Shown here: piece after piece, positions 39,434-51,479 of the stretch
Layout of the letters: the number at the start of each line of letters is the position of its first letter
Position numbering within the stretch: position 1 is the first letter of the stretch
From: Bigelowiella natans CCMP2755
Lineage: Eukaryota; Protista; Cercozoa
NCBI GenBank assembly: GCA_000320545.1
Contig: ADNK01000452.1
Location: 1-64,000, forward strand
Direction: 5' to 3'
DNA length: 64,000 nucleotides
The notes under the pieces: model-generated
Databases searched by the model: none
What the model was told of the DNA's origin: nothing
What the model saw: the letters and a program-made list of their open reading frames with translations, nothing else
Translations under genes and position numbers: made by a program

Positions 39434-42400
39434 CGGTGTGTGTCGGTGTCCCTGCTACGCTTGACCTTTGCATTTTTGTTATCCCCCGATATGGCGCGCA
39501 GGCAAGGTGTATAGCTGGGGCGATTACAGTTCCGACGGTGGTGGCAACATCGGTCTAGTCTTGGAGCCATCATCACCCCTCTTTTACGCACCTTATTCAT
39601 TCGATGCTGAGACTTCCATAGAACTCGGAATTCAATTAGGAAATTCGAGCTGTACCCAAGAGTACTCACGCATCTTTTCGGTGTGGGTCTTTGTCGACGC
39701 GTCGCCTCCCCCATCATCGTATGCAGTAGTGTTACGATATGGGAGCTTCGGAATCTCCCTGAATGCTAATCGGGATCTATGTTTGTTTGACAATGGGACG
39801 TATTACGCGTTGCCTCCGCGGCGCGTACCCCTCAGTACATGGACGCATGTCGCCGTGAGTGCAAAGTAATATGCTCGTTATTCAAAAAGATATACACCAC
39901 ACAAGCGTGTGCACTCAGCAAGTATAAATACCTGAAGCCCGTCCTCGCGAGGAGGAGATGCTCATTCCCTCAGCATTCCCTCAGTCGTCGTTTTCATCCC
40001 ATTCCACTTTCGAGAGAGCAACGGCGTGGCGTGGTGTGGTGACATGATACGACTTGGTTCACCAGCATTGATCTATTTGTAACCAGTCATTTTCTTAATA
40101 TTTATTTCCTATTGGCTCAGATTCCCATGCGACAACACCTCGTCCCAAGCTGCATCGCCAATGGACGCCGTTCCCCGTCCCGACAATCATTTTTGCTTTG
40201 TCTCCTGCAACTTGTTCGACACGCATGGGAGCAGTGTTCTTACGTTGCACAACGGAGTGCGATGCGTAGAAGGTGTCGGGATGACGTTCGATGGTCAAAA
40301 CGACTACGTCTCTCTTCCTGACTCCGCATTTGGCGCTCCATTTTCAATCGCAGTGTGGGCAAAATTTGACTCATTCCGAAGATGGTCGCGTATCTTCACT
40401 TTTTTCTCCTCCGCTGCCAATAACATGATAGAGGTGGGCAATCGCGACACCACAAATCAGCTGTTCGCTAGAGTCCTAAAGGGGTCGTCACAACAATCAT
40501 ATTTCAATGTGCCTACGATCAACACCAACGTGTTCTACCACTTTGTTATGAGTTGCTCGGCATCTTCGTGCTCCTTTTATATGGACGGCACGCCCCTCAG
40601 CACTATAACTATAGCGACGCCTGCTGTCACCCGAAAAGTATGGCTGGGAAGGTCTGTAGGAGATACACAAAGCGAGAGCAGCACACACAAACACAGAGAG
40701 AGGGGAGTGGGGAGAGGCGGGGGAGGAGACAAGCAGGCAATTAGGAACACGGTAATGACCCAAACCCTCATGCAACCGTCTACCGCCAAATTATTTGTCA
40801 GGAGCGCTTATTCTCGAGACCAATACTTCAAGGGAGTGATAAAGGAGTTCACGATCTGGAAATCTGTAGCTCTGACGCAGGCACATGTCTCCGTTCTGTA
40901 CGCCCCAACGCTATCGGGGACCTGCTCCCACGCTCCCAAAACTGCGGTATACATCAACGGTGCAGGTGGAGACGTCGATGTTTTGTCGACACATGGAGGC
41001 TCGGTTCCCTCTATCACCCTCTCTTCTCCGCCTTCCATCTCTACCAGTGCAGACGCGGAGGGGAGGGGGGCAGGAGGTATACTCTTCGTTGGCGGCGGGT
41101 CATTGGTAGGCAATGTCGGATGGGCGCAGGTGTTCGCGGGCGAGCTTTCCTCCCCTTTCTTATCGTCGCTCCTTGCACAGAGAGCTGCTGCAAGTAGCGT
41201 GGCGTCAAATGTTGCTTCGATAGTAGCTGCATCAGATCTGTCTTTCGCCGGGACAACAACATCCGGGGGGCTCTTGGCGTGGGGAGTGCCCACACATGGG
41301 GGCGCAGTACCAGGGGATGTGCAGAGCAGTATAGCCGGGTCGTTGGTCAAGGAGGTGGTCGCGGGTTGGGCATCATTTGCGGTTCTCACGAATGGGGGAG
41401 CTGTCAAGGCTTGGGGGTAAGGCAAAGTGTGCAGCGAGCAAAACATGAACGCTCTATTTTTCGATCTTCATTCTTGCTTCACAGACACTGAGTGGGCGGA
41501 AGAGGGGAAGCCAGGGCGGGTTGTAGAGATGAGAGCATATTGATTGGGCGATGTACATCTAACTCTTGAAAATTGCACTATACAAACAGGTATGGTAATC
41601 CTGCATCAATCCCCCAGAATCTGAGCTCAGTCGTTGCTTCCAGCGTCCGGGAGATCGTTTCAAACGGATACGCATTTGCTGCCATCACAAACACAGGACG
41701 CGTGGTGACTTGGGGGGACGACGATCTGGGAGGCAATAGCTCGCTCGTCGCAGAGCAACTGCTTTCCGGAGTGACGAAAATAAACCCCGGGACGTTCTCC
41801 TTTTCCGCCCTCAAGGGAAACAACGGGGGAGTTGTCAGCTGGGGGAACGTGCACTGCGGCGGGTGTGTCCTCCTTCATTTCGTTTATCTCATTAGTCATA
41901 GTTTCGACGATTCCTCAATAATCTCAGTGATGATGAACACGTTATCTTCTCTCCTCTTCCCACTCCTTCCTGCTGCTGCTCACACATATCCTCATGCATT
42001 ATCCTTGGTTTCAGATACAGTAGAGACGTTCCGGTGAGTGAGGGTGTGTACTTCCTAGCTTCTGTGCGCGGTAAGAAATGTGGATCGATGGTCGCTGTGA
42101 GGTGGATATACACGACTTCCCCCACATCTTGCAGCCCGACTACCTTGTCGCCTTCGACAATATCTCCAACAACGCTTTCCCCCTCGACAGCCTCTCCCGC
42201 CACAAAGAGTCCCAGTACGATGTCTCCCTCAAGTTCATCTCCCACCACAATCTCGCCCTCCACGGAGTCTCCAACTTCGAACTCGCCTTCAACCTTATCG
42301 CCCTCGACACTCTCACCATCGACAGTTATGCCAACCACGGGTGTCCCGAGCTGCACTCCTACAACTCTTTCGCCGGTAACAAAAGCGCCGACGTACGGCC

Positions 42401-43777
42401 CGCCAGTACTTCTCAGGGTATTTCTCTCTGCGGATCTGACGACCCTGCATCTCAAATTCGAGAAGGACACAAATCAACCGCCAATATCGGGATGCCCAGA
42501 CGTTCTCGACAGTTTCTCCCTCTCGCGGGTAGGTGCGGCAGCCAGCTGCGCATGGCTTCAGGCTGACACGATCCTAGTGTTCTTGGGCTCTGGCTTCTCG
42601 TTGCTCATCGGCGACGAAATCGGAGTGCTGGGGAATATCTTAAGGGACGCGACCGGGAATTCCCCACCCAACCCCCCCTCCTCGAAGCCCACTGAGCGAC
42701 CGAGATATGGCCTGCAGAAGCCCGTCGCGATAATAGTGGGGCCAGGGATGGTGGGTGATTGTGATGTGTTCTCGATTGACGCCTCGCCCTCCAAGTATAG
42801 CTACGGAAGGGAGTTCCACTCCGTCGCATGGCAATACGAGGGCCCCGACGCGAATGTGGGCGATCTCGTGCAGGCTTCGACACTCCTTTCCAGCAGTACA
42901 TCATTACAGTTTTCGGGCCTTAATTTCACATCAGGCCGGCATGTGTTCTCGGTGTACCTGCAAAACTGGCTGGGAGACTCGGGAAACGGCACCTTCATTC
43001 TAACAAAAATCGATGGGATCATTCCTGAGGTCTTCATTCCTTCTCCAAACTTCATCACTATCAAAGCATCTCAGCTAACAGTAATCAGAGCACAGGCGTA
43101 CGCGCCATGCGGCGATCCTCGATTTAGGATGAAGGCAAAATGGTCACAGCTGGGACCTAGCTCCCCCAATCTTGAGCCACTCGCCGTTCAGTATGGCACC
43201 ATTATCAACACTGTCACGTCCTCGCCAGTGCACATCCCGAATGCTGAGAAGATTGCGTTGTTCTTACCCGCGCACACCTTAGAGAGCGGAGGCGTCTATG
43301 CGCTTGTGCTGACAATTTCGGCCTTTCTCAAAGAGGTATATATGCTGTGTAATAGTGTTGGTGAGGTCAACTGAGGACTCAAACTTCATTGTTTGACGAG
43401 GTGCTGCGAATATGCTTGTATGTTGTTTTATAAAGAGATGATGTGCTATCTGATAATGCGCGCACCTTTTTAGGAGCCCGTTGGGGTCAGCAATTCGACG
43501 ATCGTGATCAAGTGCGCTGCAGAGACTCCTCGGCCTGTCATCAAAGGCGGGATCGAACGCACAGTCTACATCCCAGACGGAGGCTTTCATTTGTTGGATG
43601 GTACAGCAAGCTTAGAGTCTGTATCACCCCATCGTCAACCGTACTTTCGATGGTCGATAAGCTTGTGTTCGGGGGAAAGAAGTTGTAACACAGAGGTCAT
43701 CGCATGGGCGAACGTGACTTCAGTCAAAATCCTCAGTGGCATCCTCATCCCTAACGAAAGGTAATAGCTAGTCAACG

Positions 43778-43860
<83 letters not shown>

Positions 43861-44518
43861 CATGCTACTACGCACGCGCACTCACGTACCGCCCGTTAAA
43901 ATATCGCGTATACTATATCTTTGTCACTGGGAAACAGGTACCGGGTGACGCTCAATCTCACCACCTGGGATGGGCTGCAGAGTGTCTCCGCACACCAATC
44001 GTTGCTGATAAGCTCCGTTCCAGTCCCGAACATCGAACTACGCCGTGTCCTCGGCGGCGACCCCAACGCATTGGTATTCGGTTCCGCGAATCCCAGAGAA
44101 AAGGTCTCTCTTTTCACCTTCGTTGCCCCTCCAGGCGACAGCAATCAAAGCGATTCAAGCGGGCTCGAGATCAGCCACTCAAGGTATTCGTGCCGTAGTA
44201 ATCCAGGCCTACTGGTAGAGTCAACGGAGAACGTGCTCTCGAAGACTGAAAACATCACTGCGTTGGTTATCGCCCCAAACGTTTTGGTTCCCGGGCGAAC
44301 TTACGAGTTCCGATTTCAAGCGTGGAACTCCAAGGGAGGAATGGCTAGCAGCACGGTCGAGGTCGTGATGAACTCTTCTCCGAGACTTGGACACTGTGGA
44401 AGTCTGCCCCAGGCTGGTCTCAGCATGAAAACGCGCTTTCGACTCTGGTGCCGTGATTGGAGCGACGCCGACGAGCCACTGATGTAATAAGTAGCGGAGC
44501 ACGATAGAATATCAATGG

Positions 44519-44554
<36 letters not shown>

Positions 44555-44731
44555 TTCTTATTTATGCTTGCGTTGCTCTGATTTTACAACGACCATTAAA
44601 GGTACAAGTTCCAAGACGTAACGGGACCCCTTGGAATGGACATGTGCGAGTCGCAGCTCCTCAACTATTTTGATACCTTATTGTAATAATTAAAACACCA
44701 CCTTTTGTTTGATTTTGTATCGATGCGTGAG

Positions 44732-44807
<76 letters not shown>

Positions 44808-47800
44808 GAGGATACAAAGAGTTAATGTAGTATACGTGTTATTTTCTCTGGCACCTGAATTTATTTCGCCTGAAAGGTTTACTTCCTCGTCGGCAAAGGA
44901 GCGAAAAGTGCGAGGAATAGTTTCCGATTCTCTGGGTGCAGCAGCGTCTTCGGAGTTCGTCGTCCAGGTGTTGCCGACGGAAATTGATTACGCAGAGGGC
45001 CAGGATGTGCTCTCACAAAAGCTGGAGAATGGGGACGTGACAGGCTACGCCCTCTATTTCCGTGCGATGGCGGTTAGTTCTAACAGCCTCCAGCTGATGC
45101 CATCATCCCCCGCTCAGAACCACGAGGAGCAAATTGATAGATTCTCCGAGATTCGTTTCAATCTTACCAAGGATATCCAGGCGCTCTTGAATGGCCTGAC
45201 TGATGTCGGGGTAGAGGAGAGCGTGAACACGCCTCTAGAGCTCCTCGCCTCTGCAACCGACTTCGACGACAGCAGCCCGGAGATCCTCAATCAAGAAACG
45301 AAGCAGCTAGCGGTTGGGATAGTGAAGAATATGTCGAAAGACATTCTCTTCACGCCAGAGGCAATGAGCGCTGCCACAAACATCTTAGGCAATGTCGCAG
45401 CATCGCTCGCCAATCAGAGCATCACTGGAGATGGCTCAGCTTGGGAGGAAGTGACTGAGATGGCCGCAGAGCTCGAAGAGACGAGTTTGAATATCACACA
45501 GCAACTAGCCGACAGTCTTCTCGAGGGAGAAGCAAACGCCGACATCGTCACCCCTCGTGCTACTCTGCTGGCCCTTCGCGTTGCCCCTGGGCAGCTTCAG
45601 GGTTCCCAGTTGACTTCCGAATCATCTGCGAGTCTGAAGGTACAGATTCTCACGGATGCGCAGGGGTTGGGCGGAGAACAGCTGACACCGCAACAATCTA
45701 TTAGCGCAAAGGTTGTATGGTTCAAGACCTCGTTGTATCGTTCAAATCAGAGCAGCGATGGCAACGAAGTTGATGGAGGGAACGAAGGTGTTATGTCTGT
45801 GAAACTCAGTCAGGCTGGGAGTGATGTCAAGGTCAACGGTAGCGAGGATGCTTTCTACATCTCGATGCCGATTCAACCGGTAACGTCCGGGTCCGCAAAT
45901 GTGAGGTGCAAATACTGGTCGCCTGAGGAAATGGAGTGGCGGCACGATGGAGTCGCATTCGCAAATTTTTCCTCATCGGCAGAAGGGACAGGAGTCAGCA
46001 ACCAAAACGATTCTGCCCGTTCCGGAGCTGTATGCAGCGCAAAGCATTTGACCGCCTTTAGCGTATCAGTTAACACGTTCTCTGCATCTGACGTTCAAGC
46101 CGACGCATTTTCCTTCGCAAATCCAGTGACTATTTTCTCTACAACGCTGCTGCTCATTGCGATCTTTGCGCTGGGCCCCGCGCTTCTTTATGACTCATGG
46201 CTGAGGGCATCGCGCGGAAATGAATCGTCAGAAGCGTTTTGGCGCAAATCAAACATGATAATGGAGGAAAGATTCACAAGGCAGCGTTCGTGGCATCGAT
46301 TTTGGCGTTCAGTCAAGTGGAGCTTCCGCCGAAAACACGTGTGGACATCGATCTTTCTACGGCATCCAGGCGACCACATGACCTCAGCGAAGAGAGTTGT
46401 TGTGCTCATTGTCCTACTGTTCAACACCATGATGTTGTGTGCGCTATTACTCGACCAGGAGCAGCAAATACTTTTCTTTTCTGCAGACACTTCTGCCGCC
46501 TTGGTGGCGATGTTCCTTGCGTTTCCAGTGCCCTATGTCCTTTTGAATCTGTACTCCCGCAAAACCCCATCTTCTTACTATGTCAAACTTGATTACGCTA
46601 TGTACTCCGGATGGGTGCAGTTGTTAATCACGTGCTTCTCGTTGTTCTCTGGTGAGCTGGCTTCATTAGAGCTGGCCGAGAATGAAGATGATGAGGAGGA
46701 TGATGATTTCGAGCTTGATGAGGGAGAAGATGAAGAAGAGAATGATGATGGAGAGGGAGATTTGGGGAGGAGAGAGGAGGAGGACGATGAGGACGGAGAT
46801 GGAGAGGTTTCACTAATCTCAAGCATTAGTCTGATCTTGTTGTGCATGATTTGATGTTGTTACTTCTCTTCGAATTGGATAGCACTCACCAGCCTTTAAT
46901 GTTATTTTTTTCAATGATATGTCAGGACAATGGAGATACCTCAAGCGACGAGGATGAGAAAAAAGTAGAGATTGTTCACAGGCCGCAACAAACTGGAACT
47001 AACGTAGCTGCCAATCAAAATGTGGATTATATTCACAGGGAAAAACTCAACAAGTCAGAATTCGACGTTGAGGAATCCAACAGGTCGAGCTACGGGACAA
47101 AAGGTGTCGTTTCTCCACACGCCATCGGTGCAGCCGCTGGTGCAATCGCAGCTGCTGAGTTGGCGGGGGATCGCAAAAAACAACAGCTAAGGCCCCATGG
47201 ATATGCTGATTTCACAACATCATCAAGTCAGACGACTCAACCGCTGCATCTCTCGGAATCGGATGCGAGTGAGAGTAACGGCTCAAAACGCACACAACAC
47301 ATACGTAGCATTCAGCTAGCTAGGACGCTGGTCTTAGGCCCGGAAGATATCAAGCTTAAGGAGAGTGGTGCAAATCTAGTGACAGACTCTCTCAAAGATG
47401 CGTCTTCTGCCAAAGACTACGACAGCCCGTCAGTATTAATCTCGGGTATTCCAGGCTCGACGATGCATCACCAAGGCATTGGGCCTCGACCAGTGCTTAG
47501 CCGGAGTATGTCTCGACCAAATCTTGGCCGGGGAAGGTCTCGACTAAGGCTCAGCCGGGGAAAGTCTCGACTAAATCTTGCCCGGGGAAAGTCTCGACTA
47601 AACCTTGCCCGGGGAAAGTCTCGACTAAACCTTGCCCGGGGAAAGTCTCGACTAAGGTTGCGGCGTATGGTGAGCTCTGCAGACATGGTGGGAACGACGA
47701 TGGGGACTATTCGTCACTTGGAGGACGATAAGGGCGGCAAGCACGACGTAGACACGCACAAATGGCGTTCAAGGGATTACGTCGCCCTGTTTTTCTCGTG

Positions 47801-49046
47801 CACAATATTGAGTGGATGCTGGTTCTTGCTTGCTGTGTATTCTTGGCGACTGCGAGACAAATTCGACGACTTCTGGAGTGCCTCGATGCTGTCATTCGCA
47901 AACGACATTTGTTTCCGCGCCTTCTCCATCTTTTACATGGATGCCTTCATCCTGTCCCCATTTTGTGCGTGGTGCTGCTTTTGCATTCGAAGCAAAATTA
48001 AGGAGGAAGAGCTCAAGGAGATGAGATCGGGTGGAGACAGCGTATACGAGGGACACATCGTCACGCTGAAGTTCAAGGCTGGTAACGACATTGGGTTCAC
48101 GTATCAGTCCTGCCGGGTGGTAGAGGTGGAAGAAAGCACACAGGCAATGCGCGCGGGTGTTCAAAAAGGCTGGAAGATCCTCAGGATGGGGGATAGTGAT
48201 GAATTAGATGGCCCTACGAGATGCCCTGATTTGAGCACAGACAAAGATATTAGAATTCGACTGTATATTTTGCATCGCACGCGAGACACGTTCTCGGTGG
48301 TATTTGAGAAGCCTATGGAGCGGAAGTTCCAAGCGCGTAGGAAGATGGAGGGAAACTTTATCTCTGAGGATTCCGATTCCAGCAGTGTGAAGCCTACGGA
48401 GCGGAAGTTGCAAGCGCGTAGGAAGATGGAGGGAAACTTTATCTCTGAGGATTCCGATTCCAGCAGCGAGTTTTCTTTTTTCTCCAATCTTACAGACAAT
48501 GATCCCAGATTGTACTTGCCTCCTCAAGATTCCCGGCCAACATCACGTCAAGCATGGGCTTCTTCGCATGTTCGAGAAGCTGTAGTTCGTGAAAGAACGA
48601 AGCCTACGGAGCGGAAGTTCCAAGCGCGTAGGAAGATGGAGGGAAACTTTATCTCTGAGGATTCCGATTCCAGCAGTGAGAAGCCTACGGAGCGGAAGTT
48701 GCAAGCGCGTAGGAAGATCGAGAGAACCTCTATTTCTGAGGATTCCGATTCCACCAGAGAGTTTTCTTTTTTCTCCAATCTTACAGACAATGATCCCAGA
48801 TTGTACTTGCCTCCTCAAGATTCCCGGCCAACATCACGTCAAGCATGGGCTTCTTCGCATGTTCGAGAAGCTGTAAAGAAGAATAATGGTGATGCAGTTG
48901 GTGAAACAAAGAAGCGAATCCAAGCACAGGCTCGCACAAATGCTCTCCGCAATTTTCTGGAACTCTCTAAGGCAGAGGTGAAGGATTTTGATGCATCTGA
49001 TCGTAGCACCTCTTCCGACACCGATGAACCTGATGATGCACTTTGA
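33947..49046 (+). CDS. polycystin-1 (PKD1/REJ)-like adhesion receptor: signal peptide, Pro/Thr/Ser mucin stalks, C-type lectin, CUB, RCC1-like repeats, LamG, REJ, GPS, ~5 TM, PDZ
   Basis: Signal MNLSIFVLLALLSHVGG. CTL: FWQANRFC..QLASVHSNAEM..PWVWLDGSRWDFTRW. CUB-like: IEFSRLELAPQNSIKVYEG. RCC1-like: VVSWGD/VVTWGDDDLGG/VVCWGAKQHGG. LamG: FDGQNDYVSLP..FSIAVWAKFD..FYMDG. REJ: LVPGRTYEFRFQA, GLSMKTRFRLWCRDWSDADEPL. GPS: CKYW...VCSAKHLTAF (HL|T at 46045-46053). PKD1-type KHVWTSIFLRHPGDHMTSAKRVVVLIVLLFNTMMLCALL. PDZ: IGFTYQSCRVVEVEESTQAMRAGVQKGWKIL (~48050-48200). Confidence 0.87.
34214..34560 (+). repeat. tandem intron+exon duplication, 200-bp period
   Basis: Introns 34214-34296 and 34414-34494 are near-identical (gtaagaatgcatagc...acag) and are followed by similar exons (TTRTPTTLHPTQSP / TTGVPTTLNPTQSP). 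Confidence 0.95.
35062..35240 (+). repeat. 60-bp coding tandem repeat x3 (STTSPSTCAPSSLAPTSCSP)
   Basis: Identical columns in consecutive 60-nt lines 35041-35240. Confidence 0.95.
37487..37636 (+). repeat. 12-bp coding tandem repeat (PTKY)n with RW/RQ/KN variants
   Basis: ccgacgaaatac-type units repeated about 12 times in ORF 37271..37753. Confidence 0.93.
43781..43858. repeat. compound intronic microsatellite (CT)16(CA)9(GA)14
   Basis: Read directly from sequence, inside intron ~43761-43937. Confidence 0.95.
47528..47657 (+). repeat. 27-bp coding tandem repeat x5 (RG[K/R]SRL[N/R]L[A/S])
   Basis: ccggggaaagtctcgactaaaccttgc-type units starting at 47528, 47555, 47582, 47609, 47636. Confidence 0.95.
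48309..48874 (+). repeat. nested coding duplication: 81-bp unit pairs within a 291-bp unit x2
   Basis: KP[M/T]ERK[F/L]QARRK(M/I)E..SEDSDS x4 and EFSFFSNLTDNDPRLYLPPQDSRPTSRQAWASSHVREAV x2; AAG anchors at 48309 and 48600. Confidence 0.95.
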
Positions 49047-49099
49047 GTTTCTTTGTGTAATGACTAGAATGAAAAAACGTACCCGTACGTATTGTGTGC

Positions 49100-49640
49100 C
49101 AGCACAGCCACCATGTTGATATATATAGTGCATGCTGCATGATCCACTGCTAGACTGACAACGAGCAAGCGCTTTTGTGGTGTTGTGCAAACCCAAATGT
49201 GCATCATCACATGTGCTGTGAAAAAGTGCACCGCAATGGCATGAAATGGAGTGCAGCCGTCTAATGCAAGCGAGACAGCCACGATACAGCATCTAGAACT
49301 TGCTAGCTTGTCAACAAGCCTAGATATGCGTACGAATTTCATTCTTGTTCTTTGTTTTGACCCAAACTGTGCTTGCAATGAAAGCTGGCAGTGTGGCACG
49401 CTAGCACGGTAGTTGATGGTGATTGTGCATTGCATGGGCCATGCAAAGATATTTGTGCAAGTAGTGCATTGATTTGGTGAAGAAGGGTACAAATGATGGA
49501 CTTCAGCGGACGGATGGACATCTGCGTGATGTGCCCATGCCAAATATGTAGGCAACATGCTACACTTATTTCAATGCCTTTCGCAAGGCAAGCTTTGCAG
49601 GTTTTTCATACACGTACAGTAACAGCTGCGAGCTGACGTG
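49100..49640. other. CATG/TGCA/CTAG-rich block between convergent PKD1-like and pLGIC genes
   Basis: tgcatgctgcatg, gctag, tgcattgcatgg, catgc motifs. Confidence 0.6.
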
Positions 49641-49669
49641 ACAATTTCACTACAGGCAATTCATAACAA

Positions 49670-51442
49670 CTACACACTGCTCAAATTTGATAATCGAACC
49701 GTCACCGCCGATGGTCTGCTGCTGGACTGCTCACCAGCCATGGCATGCTCACTATGATCACCACTATTACCACCATTCCCGCTGCATTTATCCCCTGCTA
49801 CCGTTGTTATGTCAGCAGCTTCTACGAAGTCTGCCGCCGTTTGCCGATGACCGCGAGGGCACATAGTCGCAGCAGGCCTTTCCCCTGTCAAGGATTCCGA
49901 TGGGGAGACACCAAAGGACACTTCCTTTTTGCCGCTGATATTTCCATTCGGATAATCGTGAATCTTCTTATCATCCGTGGAATGCTTGAGCTCGACGACC
50001 GGGTCACCGTCCTTCCAGATAGCGTCTGTGTTTCCTTTCACTTCCTCGTCACGGCGATGACTGGGTGATTCAAAGCGCCTGGCCGCGGCGTTGGCGAGGC
50101 TGCGGCTCTTCTTGGGTTCATGCTTATGCAATGTGACGACAGATTTGTAGTACAATTTTTCTCTGTTATTATCTGCCTCTACCTCCTCCCATGACTTAAA
50201 CGCAAAGCCAGTAGCAGCAGCGATCACATAGAGCAGGTTCAACCCCCCCCAGAACACGACGAACACTATGGCGCATAGGATGTCTAATCCCCGCGCTGCT
50301 GCGTCTGAGATGAAGAATACAAATACGGCCTCGAGCGCCACGAAGGCCATGAGGAGGTATATGCACAGGATGTACATATCCATCACCTTGGTTAATGCGA
50401 TTCGCCGCCACCGCCGCCACCAGCAAAAACAACACAGCAGCAAATGGGGAGAAGATGTATGTCGTTAAAGAGCACTAGCGTAGACACACATAAATGCGAC
50501 ACAGCTATACTCGCATCGCAATCATCAGTCAATGGAAGCCGCCTCTCCGCAGCAAAAGAAGAGCAGCGGCGGCACTGGCAGTAGGCGTCGGGGCTAGTGG
50601 GATGAGGGGGGTCAATATTATTCGCAGCATTATTACCGTCGTATAGGATATGATCGGAAGCACCGAGGATATCCACAGCTTGAACGCGACGATCGTCAGC
50701 AGCAGCCTGATGACCAGCGTCAGCCTCGCCTCGAGATTCCTCTCCGAGTCCACGTCGAACAAGAACGCCCCGGCCCCAATCATCGTGATGATGAAGGCTG
50801 GCAGCACCATATTGAGGAAGTAGAAGTTCTGGTAGCGTTGCACTCGAGCGATAAACTGTATCACGCCGCCATCCAGGTCGTAAGTCACCGTTGCTTCCTG
50901 GCTACAGTATCTGTATGCATAGGGGCAAGAATCGGCGAGACCGATGACGGAGGGAGGGGAGAAGGAGGAGGAAGAGGAGAACGGGAGCAGCTTAGAGGAG
51001 TGAGCACAACAATAATCGCACAACCCCCTTCAAATCCCTCATCAAGCACAATCAACAGGATATCATATATTTATACAAATGCATAGGAAGGGGTGTGTGC
51101 GCCTCCTCCTCCCCCCCCTCCTCATCCTCGTCGTCGTCGTCGTCGTCGTCGTTGTGCGCATCATCATCCCTATCATCATTCACTGTGCTGCACGATATAT
51201 GGTGTCGCACGGACTCCGCTCTGGCTCGCGCGGCAAGCTTGATGTGGCATTGCGACTCGTTGAGGTGCGAAGGGAGCTTCCATTTGTCCGGCGGCTTCTC
51301 ACAGAACACCCAATCGCCGGTGTCAACAAGCAGCGGGATGTGGAGCAGCTGGCGGTCAAACGGAAAGCGACCCAGCTCCATCTCCTCTTCGAGACTATCG
51401 TTAGCCCGTCCCCATTACCACGTACACATACACACAGAGAGA

Positions 51443-51479
<37 letters not shown>

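Noticed and set aside
35062-48874. Regular repeats as CRISPR array or transposon termini
   Set aside because: Contiguous in-frame coding repeats without unique spacers; no cas, transposase or RT motifs seen in the window.
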